A stretch of DNA of 64,000 nt, filler included, from Sphacelaria rigidula (Eukaryota): the NCBI GenBank assembly GCA_964200075.2. It is 6 parts of 6 records of this genome, joined end to end, with 100 filler letters (N's around TTAATTAATTAA, not from the genome) between each part and the next. Parts side by side here need not be neighbours in the genome. Positions count along the whole stretch, not along the records: positions 21,383 to 31,972 come from CAXNAA020006232.1; positions 32,073 to 42,660 come from CAXNAA020006233.1; 4 more parts are not named here. The stretch is one strand, 5' to 3'. Below are positions 24,632-35,579 of this stretch, one piece after another (within the stretch, counting starts at the first letter, position 1; the number at the start of each line of letters is the position of its first letter). The notes under the pieces are model-generated. The model was given only the letters and a program-made list of their open reading frames with translations, was not told where the DNA came from and searched no databases. The position numbers were made by a program, and so were the translations under genes.

Positions 24632-24644
24632 CCCCTACCGTAGC

Positions 24645-27600
24645 TTTGCTCGAACGCAATCAACTAAAATATGACCAAAATGAAGATAAGAACAGAGACG
24701 CCGAGAAAAACATGATAGGTAGCTTCCCCGAGTTCAACGGGGTAAAAAGAAAAGAAAAGAACTTCAGATTTGCTATGAAAAGCACGACCGACAGAAAAAG
24801 GAAACGAAAGAAAAAGACAAGAAAAGACAGATGGCATGAGGGGATCAGCGTGGCCACCGAGCGAGCGTCAACTTAAAAAAAACCCAGGCATCCTCGTAGA
24901 CAACCACCACAGCTGTTCGGAAAGACCGCAGATGTACTAGCAAGTGTACTACCCGATGGACTACTGGTGACTTTTTGGAGGTCCTCGGTAAGCACTGGGG
25001 GAGCTCTAGTGATGGAACAGCAAACAGTTCGTTAGCGTGGCGTGCTTTCGTCCAGGCTGCCATGTACACGGTAGCCCCCTCCTCTACAACTCGGGACCAT
25101 CCGGACATATCTTGAACAACCTACGTCCACGATCTCGCATTTGTTTCGAAGCACGAACAGCAGTCCGTGATACAGTGTTGTAGGAAGCTTGCTGGTCGGC
25201 CTACCCTCGTCTTACCTCCAACTATGACTCCATGCATGACGATGTTGGGGACGTGTTCATCGTGCATGCGCACAACGCGGCCGGCGTGTAGGAGGATTCG
25301 CTTTATCACGGTGGCCTCCAAGCACTCGCAGCTAGCTCTTTGGAGAACCTCGTGGTGTGGCAGCATGTGGTAGTCAGGGGCCCTGCGGCTAAGGTATGTA
25401 TGCTTAATGAGGCACCTCGACAAGAATCCTCGATGGGCCTCCCGTAACGCGTCGAAATTGTCGTTCGCGATCGTCCAGGTCACGCAGCCGTACAGCATCA
25501 CCTCGATCACTTCAGTCTTCAGGAGACGAACCTTGGTGGCCGGGGCGATGTACGGGCTGTCGGTTACCTCTTTGCTGTACTTGTAGAAGCACGTCCAGGC
25601 CTGGCCAATGCGGCTGTGGATCTCGGGAGTGACATCACGGATGCTGCTGATTTTTCCGCCAAGATGGATGAACGATTCAACTTGCTTGTATCTTCGGCCC
25701 ACTGCCTCCACCTCGATCGTATCCGTGTCCATGTTCGGGGAGCGCATGTCCATGGTGACCGTCTTCTTTTCTGGGACGACGAGACCGAATGTTGCGCATC
25801 CTTCGACGACGACCGTCAGAATCTTCTCCAGGCTTACCCGGGATCGCGAAGCGATGCCAGCGTCGTCGGCGTATAGCATAGCCCAGAGCACTTTGCTAAG
25901 TTCGTCCCTAGTCTTCCCGCCCCTTTCAGCGACGCGAATGAAGTCCTGCGCCACCGCTCTATTGGTCAAGAAGTGGTCGAAGTTTACCGTCAGCACCGCC
26001 GCGAAAACGATGTTGAACGGATCGAGGGAAATCACACAACCTCGGCGGAGGCCCTGGTTAACGTCAAACCACTCAGACGTCTTGCCCCTGTGCGGGCGTA
26101 CGCATGCCCATATGCCGTCATGGAATTGGCGGATGATGGAGATGACCTTGGCGGGGATACCGTAGCGTGCTAGAATTTTCTAGAGAAGAGAGCGGTTCAC
26201 TGAGTCGTATGCCTTTTCGGAGTCAATGAAGCACATGTACAGGGGAAGATTCTTCTCTCTGGCTAGTCCTCGGAGCCGGCCCACAACGAATATCATGTCG
26301 ACTGTGGATCAGCTAGGTCGAAAACGGCATTGTGCTTCTGGGAGCATTCCCTTCTACTCGCAATAAACGCTGAGGCGAGTCGCAACCACCTCGAGTACCA
26401 CCTTACCCGCGTGGGACCTAAGAGAAACACCGCGGTAGTTGCCGCATGCGTGCGTGTCCTATTCCTTAAAAAACACCTTGATTATGGTGTCTTTCCACTC
26501 TTACGGCACTACTCCCTGACGCCACACGGCGAGCACGATGTTGTGGAGGCACTCCAGGATGGCAGTCTTCAGTGCGGTCGAGCTTCAATGATTCGCTACA
26601 CATGATTTCGTCCGTCCCAACGGCGTTGCCGTTCGCCAGCTTGCCCACCGCTTCCTTCACTTCTGCCATCGTGGGTTCCACCGCGAGCGGTGCGTGCTCC
26701 GGCATCTGTTCGATGAGATCGATGACAGAGTGGTCGATCGTGGGCGAGGGTTGCGTTCAGCAGTGTCTCGAACTATTCTTCCCATCATTGCAGGATAGCT
26801 TGCTTGTCCTGCAACAGCTCGCAATTCGCGTTCCTGATGTAAGTTGAGTCGCTCTGCTCCTTTCCTTCCAGTTCCAAGGACTTGATATGCTGGTGCAGTC
26901 CTGCTTGGTCCTTCTTGCTAACAAACTCCTCGGCCCGGACTGTGAAACGAAGTTCTGCAGCTCAGCATCCTCCACGCGCTCGAACGTTTTGTCCGTCACC
27001 TTCAGCGCCTTCTTCAGGATAGCGCCTTCCTGCTTTGCTCGCAGTTTCCTCCATACACTTTCCCTGAGATCCCACGCCTTTTGGAGGCCATCCTGGGCTT
27101 AAGTTGACTCACTGAAACCTCTAGGTGAGGTTTTCTTGGGGAACCGAGGGAGTGTATCTGCGGCCGTCTGTCGCAGGGCGTTGGCGAAGGTAGATGTCAT
27201 GTCGTTGACGTTCATCACTGCTGGAGAATCAATGGCATTCGGGAGCTCAGCGACAGTGGCCTGTGAAACAGTCGCTCTCCAGCGTCGGTCGGATGCGAGG
27301 GCGTTGTGGTCGAAACGAACTCACCTATCCCCGCCTCTCGGTTTCGGTTGGTGGTTGGGAGCGTTCCGTCCGAGGAGACGGATGGTGGCTGAGACCAGAC
27401 GATGATCCGGCTTCATCTTGGGTTGCACAGTGACATTTCGGACGAGTCCGCGGTCTTGCTAACGTACTAGAATGTAGTCCAGGCGCCAGCGGTGTTCGAC
27501 CTTCGGCCCCGCATATGTGTATACGGTTAAGCTTTCCCCGCGCATTGATGTGCGAAAAAATGTGTTGGTGATGCCCGTATTTTGTTCCGCAGCGCATTTC

Positions 27601-28991
27601 AGTACGCGTCCACCTTTATCATTCCGGGTGTCTCTGCCATGTTCTCCCAGTACCCGAACGTCATCCATGCCTCCTCCTTCTCTCTTTCCGATGCGGGCAT
27701 TAGCATCCATCATAAGTACCATTATAGGTGTTCGTTTGTTAGCACTTCAGCCATGGAACTACTGAGGGTTTTCCATAAGTTGATCTTTGCAGAACCTTGT
27801 GCTGTCTCAGTAGGATCATACCCTACGACGAAGGCTGTTGCAACTCTATGCCTGAAAGCAAGTCGCGTCTTGAGGATCCTGGCACTCACGTGTACGGGGG
27901 CGATGGCATCTGGGCCAAGCGTGCTGACGATAGACTGCTTCATGGCGAGGCCGACTCCGAGCATTCCCGGTTTACCCTCGCCTCCATGGCAGTGGCCGCT
28001 ACAGTGAACGATGTATTCTGCTGCCGGTGCGTGGAAGGTTGTTCGTCCATCGCGTGGGGTTTCTTGGAGGGCAACGAAATCACAGCTGTATTTGGACGCA
28101 GAAAGCAGCAGGTCCCCGGCGTAGCCTGTGCCATTGGAACCTCTCTCGGCCATGATGCGTACGCTCTAAGTGGCCACCACCAGCTCTTTCGATCCAGACT
28201 CCGCCCTTGCGGAGGTGCGACGGGCGCGAGCCTGAGCCTTGGCTGCTCGCCGGGCTAGTCTTCCCCCCCTTCTCTTCCTTCGTTTTGCTATATCCCTATC
28301 CTGTTGGTATTTGATCCAGCGTTTGTGGGCTATTCTCTGTTTCCACGCACTTTTCTGCCTACGCTGGTTCATACCTCTTCGTTCCTGCGCAGGGTTCAGC
28401 GGACCCCGCCCACGTCGACCTCCACCAAGCGGACCTTTGTGCTTACACGCACGCCGCTGTCTGCTCTCAGACCTATGGTAACAATACTTTCGGCGGTGGC
28501 GATGTTCAGTCGGATGAGCGGCCCCCGCCGGCAGGGGTAGGGCGTGTACCGATACGATCGCCATGTAACTGCAAATGTACGGGTATTGACCACCGTATGG
28601 TGCAGTCAGTAAGGCCAGCCCGATGGGTATCCAACCCCACACCACTGTGGTGCGGAGCAGTTAGACAGTAGGAGTTACTCCCCGAACAAGCAGATTGTTG
28701 TACTCTTCAAGAGGTCGTTGTCTTAGGTGGCCTAAACCCGTTCTCGGTAGTTCGGGTCGAAGACCGTGGGAGAGTATCGACTGCATCACGGGTGATGAAC
28801 ATCGTGCAGCTTGCGCGTGCGGGTCACTTTGAAAGTGGGAGTCACCCAGCTCCCGCACGGACGTGGTACGGAGCAGTTCGACAGTGTCACTGATTCTCCG
28901 TACTAGCCAAAGTGCTGTGTCTTCCCTTGGGCCGCTGCTGTCAGCTGACCCAACCCGGCCTCAGCGCTCGAGGCCCAGGCCGGGGGGAAGA
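24645..28991 (-). mobile_element. Near full-length, decayed RTE-type LINE (APE endonuclease plus reverse transcriptase in a single ORF)
   Basis: APE motifs LVVAT*SVR, CDFVALQET, MMDANARIG, NTFF, RLDYILVR. RT motifs include the GCVISL region and WAMLYADDAGI, followed by the RTE thumb/C-terminus (FIHLGG...RIGQAW...VMLYGCVTWT...KTRVGRP). Multiple stops and frameshifts; T-rich 3' UTR. Confidence 0.92.
25121..28645 (-). pseudogene. Disrupted APE-RT polyprotein of the RTE-type LINE
   Basis: Collinear ORF fragments at 28166-28645, 27722-28153, 27459-27722, 26757-26999, 26466-26705 and 25121-26035. Confidence 0.9.
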
Positions 28992-29034
28992 AAGCTATAA
29001 TGCTCCTATATTTGTTACTGCAGGTAGACTACTT

Positions 29035-30156
29035 TGCTGTCTAGCCGCATTTCGCATTTTGGTCATGACAATTGAACCTTCCTTGAATGATGTTGGCACA
29101 AATAATGTGTGTGTTTACTCTGCTCGTGGTCGTTAACGCCTGGCTGACCCCTCGTGTGTTGCCAGCATAACTTCTCACTCCGTGCAGCGTTGTTGTGGAA
29201 TACAAAGCAGGGACATCAGTAGCATGCAGCAGACCGTGTTCAGTGTAGAGCGATGGCACGCTGCTTGTTTCTTGCCGGTGTATTTAGCGAAGACATACAG
29301 CACACATCCGTACTCTGCACGTACTAGAGTGCAGGGTCACGACCGATCAGGGCTTCTTTGCGACTCTTTTCTCTACAGATGCCCAGCATCCACATGTGCA
29401 TGAAAAAATATTTTTTGTGTAGCGAGAAAATAGCCGTACTGAACCCCAAAGGTGGCCTACGTGGTCAATCTCCGTCCACCTCCGGAGGGTCGCTGTCGAA
29501 GGGTTAACAGGGGGGCGAGGGCCTGTCCACAGAACAGTCGAAAAGCGCGCCAAGTCAACCATGTGTGTACGGAAATTTTGCAAGGAAAATTACAAGCCAA
29601 GAAGGTGGCCCGAGAGGAGCGGAGTGACCATTCTGACCAATCACAACTATCGAAATGGTCACTTTGTTCCTCTACGGGTGGACTACAGGTGGGCTACTTC
29701 GCTGTCTAGCCGCATTTCTCGCTTTTGTCATGACAATTCAACCATTGATGACATCGACACGAAGAACGTGCTTTTTTACTCTGCTCGTGGTCTATGCCGC
29801 CTGCGGGACCCCTCATGTGTTGCCAGCATGACCTGGCACTTACTGTATTGCTGCCGTAAAAGACTACGTAGAGAGATATCAGCAGCATTCAGTAGAGTGT
29901 GTTGCAGTGGACAGCGATGGCACGCGGGCCGTTTCTTGCCGTTGCGTCCAGTGAAGACAGAGCACTCGTACTGATTCAGCACGAAATTGAATGCAGGGTC
30001 GAAAAGCTGTCAGGGGTTCTTCGGGACTCTTTTCTATTTATGCCCAAACACTCACATGTTCATGAACAAAGGCGTTTTGTGTGGCGAGAAAATAGTTGTT
30101 CTGAACCCCAAACGTGGGATAGTCTGCCTCAGTCCACGCGCGGGGGGGTCGCTGTC
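29035..30156. repeat. Diverged tandem duplication (about 29035-29505 and 29700-30156)
   Basis: Both copies carry gctgtctagccgcattt...catgacaatt...ttactctgctcgtggt...gttgccagcat...agcgatggcacgc...ctgaaccccaaa...gggtcgctgtc. Confidence 0.85.
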
Positions 30157-31462
30157 TGATGACTATGGCATGCATGATCATGAGTACACCCCTCGACCCC
30201 TGAAGAACCTCGGATTTTCCTGAACTTTCATCCCTCGAAACTATTCCGAGGCGTCACTCGCCGTCAAAGGGTTAATCGTCTAGTCAAGGGGCAGATGGCC
30301 ACCTCCTCAAAAGTCTGGGGTCATCATTTCTCGTTGATTAAGCGCCATGTGGAGTGATTCCTATACCGTACGGAGATAGGGTCCACAGCAACGTCGGTAT
30401 GAATCCCCGGACAATATGTACAGCGGGTTATGATTTTTGGTGTGAACATTCCCTGCTTTTTTTGAGCCTTTCATGACGGGTTTTGGCGGAATATGGGCCT
30501 TGGCAGATTGGACCTCCTCTGAAATATTTGCTGTCCGTTCCAAGAGGATTCTAGTCACTTTCCCGACCTTTCGTGCACCCACTTTTACTTTCGTCATTTT
30601 GTAGATGAGGAACGTGCGCTGGAATCCTCCTGGAATGCACAGTAAATATTTCAGAGGAGGCCCAGTCCGCTGAGGTCCGTATTCCACCAAAACTCCGCGA
30701 TGAAAAGCTAAAAAAGAACAATCTCCGCGAGCCCGTTTTCTGATGTTACGAAGCGCCCCAATTCGTCATCTATCAAGATACAGGGCGCACATATCATTCC
30801 GTACTAGGCTCGATATTTTTGCCCTTGGCCCTTGTAGATGGCGAGAGTAGGCCATCTGTTTAATCGGCATCATTTTCACTTGAAAAGAGTATGCGTGATG
30901 CAGATAGACTTCCCTTGCGGTCCAAGGGTAACTCAGCTGAGAATTGTGTTTTGAAATTGTGTGTGAAGACACGCAAGGGCACCCTTGTGACGAAAATGCC
31001 TGGACCATGGTTTTTCGATAGTTCATGTTCCTGTGAAAAATGGTCCTCACTACACGAAAACGTCCTGAACTCACCAACCCCTCCCCAAAAAATCCCGCGG
31101 TTTATTTTTCATTATTATACCGTTGCGATTCTCCACATGAAATCTCAAAGTACGACTTTCAACGCTGAGCTGCTAAATGGCCTGCAACATACAGCCCAAT
31201 TTGTACGTTTGCCCAGCCTGTAAATGTGCGTTCTTCCCTCAATTTTGAGGGTGCACTTGAAAATTTGGTATACGAGCTGGGGCCAGCCTAGAAGCGGATC
31301 TGTAGCTTGCGGGTCCATTCTCGCCTCAAACTGGTTTGGAGAATCGCTTGGGCATAATAAAACAGTAAGTTGCGGTCGATGAGATTTTCTGCATGAGTTA
31401 AGGGTAAAAAAACAATTTGCAGTTTTCATGAAAATCTCCTTGAGTCATGAAAAAAGCATCTC

Positions 31463-31931
31463 AAGCCGCTCCTTACAGGAAACAAAAAACATCCTTTAGA
31501 TGATTTTTTGGTCCTTCTTCGTTGTTTTACGCCCTAAAAGAGAGCTAGGCGGAGTTTGACACCATGGAATGACTTGCTCTTCTCGTCAACGCGGTTCCAG
31601 GACATCCTCGCATTTTACGGTGGCCGCAGCTTTTATTTTGGCCCAACCAGCATTTTTGTCCAGAGACAGTCAAAGTCAAGTCCAGAGAAAAATAGCAGTT
31701 TTTTCTAAATTTGAGGGTTCTTGACAGTTTTTTTTAACAAAAATTCAAATTTGGCCAACATAAAATCTGCGGCCACCGGACAACACGAAGATGCCCGAGA
31801 ACCGTCTCAACTAGTAGAGTAAGTCATTCCAAGGTGTCAAACTCCGCCTGGCTCTATTTTAGGGCGTAGAACGGCGAAGAAGGACCAAAAAAACATTTTT
31901 TCGGGGCCTTTTTTTGTTTCGTAGGCCGCTT
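31463..31931. mobile_element. Foldback MITE
   Basis: Left arm tttttggtccttcttcg...acgccctaaaa...ggcggagtttgacacc is the reverse complement of right arm ggtgtcaaactccgcc...ttttagggcgt...cgaagaaggaccaaaaa. Confidence 0.8.
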
Positions 31932-31972
31932 CTTATAATAGACAGAAATAAAAACCTGGAAAAGTGTCTTTT

Positions 31973-32072
31973 NNNNNNNNNNNNNNNNNNNNNNNNNNNN
32001 NNNNNNNNNNNNNNNNTTAATTAATTAANNNNNNNNNNNNNNNNNNNNNNNNNNNNNNNNNNNNNNNNNNNN
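31973..32072. other. Artificial contig linker
   Basis: N44-TTAATTAATTAA-N44. Confidence 0.97.
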
Positions 32073-32487
32073 GAGCCTTTGCATGTGCCCCTGTCAACCG
32101 GACACGTATGTTCCCCTTCGAGGTGTCCGGAAATCCCCTCTCCAGAGAGGATTTCTGTGTACGTTGAGAGGATTTTTTGGAGGGGGTGGTATCGCAGCGA
32201 CCAATCATCAGTCGTTTTTGAAAAAGGGGATTTTGAAAAAGGGGATTATCCCCTTCGTTAAGACAGGTCCTAAGTATACCAAACACCAGTTTCACGAACG
32301 TGGAGCTTGGGTAGCATGGAATTTCGGCGTTGTATAGCTCAACGGCAACATCATATCACACCTAGAGAACGTATCACCTTCTGGGTGTTAATGTTTGACA
32401 GCCTGCATTGCATGTCTACCGCTGGCTCCTGTGCACCCCTCACGCGTGGTGTCTCGGCTCCGCTGTAACTTTTGCTCGAATACCCAG

Positions 32488-33378
32488 CCAGCAGGAATGC
32501 CCACCGTCCCGACCATCGACAACGTCGTCCAGAGCGTGATGCACCAAACGCAGCTCGCGGTCGCCAGGGCCCTCGGCTACAACGGCGACAAGCTCCCCCT
32601 CATGCATGCTGTGTCGCGACTGGACGTTTGTACCTCGGGAGTTGTAGTGTTCGCGCTGAACAAACGTTCGGCGGGCAAACTCAACGAGCTCTTCAGCGCA
32701 CGGCAGGTTACGAAGCACTACCTCGCACTGCTTACACCAGGCCCCCCGATACGAAGCGGATCTCTGGCGCACTGCTGTCGTGGGAAGAGCTTTGACGGAA
32801 TGCGCCGGGCCAAAATTTACGCCGACTATGACCCAGACCTCTTAGAAGGGAGTAAGTGGGGTGGGCATTGGCAGGAGGCCCGCTCGACCGTCATGAAGTG
32901 CGTGCCGGCGAGGGGGCCGGCTGTGGACGCCGCGGTGGCGGCCGATCGAGCAGCTCAACGATCGCAAAGTACCTCGAAAGATGTCCCCGAGACACCCCTG
33001 GCTGACGAAGAAACAGAAGAAGATGGATATCCGGCCCACCTGTGCCTCATGAGGCTCGAGACGGGCCGAAATCACCAGCTCCGCATGCAGCTCGCTGCCA
33101 TGGGCGCCGGCATTGTCGGGGATACACAATACCGGGGGATTGTGGGGAGATTGCACAGGGGCGTACCAGAGGACGACAGGACGGATATATTCGGGCAAGA
33201 GCCGGAAGCTATCGCGTTGACGGCGGCGAGATTAGAATTCGAGTGGGAATCGGAGCACGTTGTGTACACAGTCCGCCCACCCCCATGGGCGATTACAGAG
33301 CAGCCACTACGGTCGGTTGTCGTGGAGTCTGGGGCCGGGCGCGTTGGTGGTGAGGAGGGTAGAAATACTGTCGTGTAG
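32488..33378 (+). CDS. RluA/RluD-family pseudouridine synthase, terminal exon
   Basis: cag|PAGMPTVPT (second half of motif I NK-PAG), HAVSRLDVCTSGVVVFA (catalytic Asp), KHYLAL, LETGRNHQLRMQLA..GIVGDTQY, LTAARLEF. Stop at 33378; upstream exons lie outside the contig. Confidence 0.9.
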   Translation, partial: PAGMPTVPTIDNVVQSVMHQTQLAVARALGYNGDKLPLMHAVSRLDVCTSGVVVFALNKRSAGKLNELFSARQVTKHYLALLTPGPPIRSGSLAHCCRGKSFDGMRRAKIYADYDPDLLEGSKWGGHWQEARSTVMKCVPARGPAVDAAVAADRAAQRSQSTSKDVPETPLADEETEEDGYPAHLCLMRLETGRNHQLRMQLAAMGAGIVGDTQYRGIVGRLHRGVPEDDRTDIFGQEPEAIALTAARLEFEWESEHVVYTVRPPPWAITEQPLRSVVVESGAGRVGGEEGRNTVV

Positions 33379-35579
33379 ATGGCGCAGCGATGGCGGTAAA
33401 AGTCCATTCAGCGTCATGTACTGTCGAGCACCAGCTCAGAACTACTCATCGTTCGAGTAGCTCGGAACAACAAGACCCACCTGCCAACTCGTCCAGTATC
33501 GTGTACCTGATTATGACAGTGGCAACCACTGACCGGCGGTAATCTTGGCATATTGAGGTATGTTTCCAAGGGATCGCCGTTGCTACTGCTCCGCAAGACA
33601 TTTGTGAGAGGGAGATGTGACTAGGTACTCGCCGCACTGATGTGTCACAGCCCTACCATCGCACGAGACTCACGAGGTGGTTTGCGTGCATGTTGCCTCA
33701 GAGGACACCGACCTACATGCAGATCATACAGCATAGCATTGTGGAAGTACCGAATGCTGCATTCATCCGCGCTACTGCTGTCTCATTCGGGGCCAGAGGC
33801 TAAGTCGATATCGAAGAACAGGAACAAGTAGTGCAACTACTTGGATATGGTATTTCAAATAAGGCGACAAGAAACAACGGACAAATCGAGAAAGGAAGCG
33901 GAATCGTGGGTTGGTAGCAGATACCAGTAGCAAGCTACCAGAAACAAGTATAGCGGTGCGGGACATTCTCGATGTGATGAAGTCGAGAATCAACAGGAGC
34001 AATACAGGGCAACAGCGATTGATGGCCCTGCCGGCTCCATCACGGCTTGGAAACACACGTTGGCGACATTCGGTCTCGACCACACGTGAAGGAATTTTCT
34101 CGATCGCGGCGGATCCGAACAACGGGTGCGATATCCCGCATTTGCATTCTTCGGTGGTATTTCCCTCCGAAATTGAAAAAGCCGTGGGGGATTTTTATAT
34201 CCAGTTGAAAACAGGTAGATCGGGGGGTTCTATAGCCCATAGTCACAACTTATGTTGAGTGTGTTCTCGTCCGTATCCACAAATTCTCTGGGGGGTGTCA
34301 TCTCGCGTGATCGCAAAGCCCCGAGGGGTATTTTCCTCAAGATGGAATTACAGGTAGACCGGGTGGACACTTGCGTGCTTGGGAGATGATACTCTCATGG
34401 GGTGCTGTACTCCGCGACTGAAAAAGCTGGGGAGTCTTACCCTCCGTATCGAAAAGACAGGTAGGTTGGGGTGTGCTATATCCTGTAGCCAAAAATTGTA
34501 TGTAATCCCCCGCGATCGTAAAAGCGCCGGGGGGGGACGTTCTCCTTCGCGATTACTGTACAAAGTCCTGGCTGCAGTAGTGTCTGTGCTGTGCATCCAG
34601 TAAAGCTCTCCAAGAACGTATTTGCCTTCTCATGCATGGCGACGAGAGAGTGCGGAAGACAGAAAGAAGGCAGAATCGGGGGTTCGCAGCAGAAACCACC
34701 CGCAAGCCACTGGGACTAGATACGGATATACGCGACAGTGTGACTTGAGCCTCCTCACTTATACCACGTTGTTTAATCATATAAGCACAGGCGCAAGTGT
34801 GGCAAGCCCTGTCTAACCGTGTTTACGGCAGCATCACCGTGTCGCAAGTGGAGTGAGTCCACCACTTGCTATTCTTCTCGTTTTTTTAGCACGCTTTCAA
34901 CCCTCCCCTTCCTCGGGACGAGTCCGTGGACTATTATATAATCGTGGTCTCAAGAGACCAACCCATCTCTCCTCCGGCACACGCGTTACATTTCGGCATC
35001 CCGGGTTGGATAAGCACTCCCGCACCGTGTCGATTTCATTAACAAAACAACAATTCTTGCTGCTCACGACCTCATCTCTCCAACGATGGAAAGAAAACCG
35101 AGTTATGTCGACCTCGAGGCTCCAGTTGGGCCATTACGGCACCGGGGCGCGGTGACACTGCCTGCAGACAATCCCGCAAAAAAAAAGCGTGAAACCTCCG
35201 GTATACACACTTGCTTTTAACCCCGCCCACCTCCCTCCGCAGCTCTCGTCGCCGTATTCAACTACCCCGGTGCAATCCGCTCCCCCATAAATACATGTAC
35301 ACGGTAGCACCCACAAGTTCGCTTGGTGGGATTTTCGTCCTCCTTACACGTTTGAATGAGGCGTTACGCTCGCAAAGCTTGGTCTACATGTTTCACTCGT
35401 GTCATCTGAGCGCATTCTCTTCAACCCCAGTTCCCGCTCACCTTCTCTACCTTCGTTGCCAGCGTCACCTGCTAGCAGCACCACCTGCTCTTTTCGTTAC
35501 ATAATATCCACTCAAGACCCCGATTCCGGGTTAAAATTGTTTACATCCCTACACACACACTTGGCCCGTAGCGAATTAT

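Noticed and set aside
25608-28258. Plus-strand ORFs of 140-185 aa over the LINE
   Set aside because: Antisense shadows of the GC-rich RT/APE coding sequence
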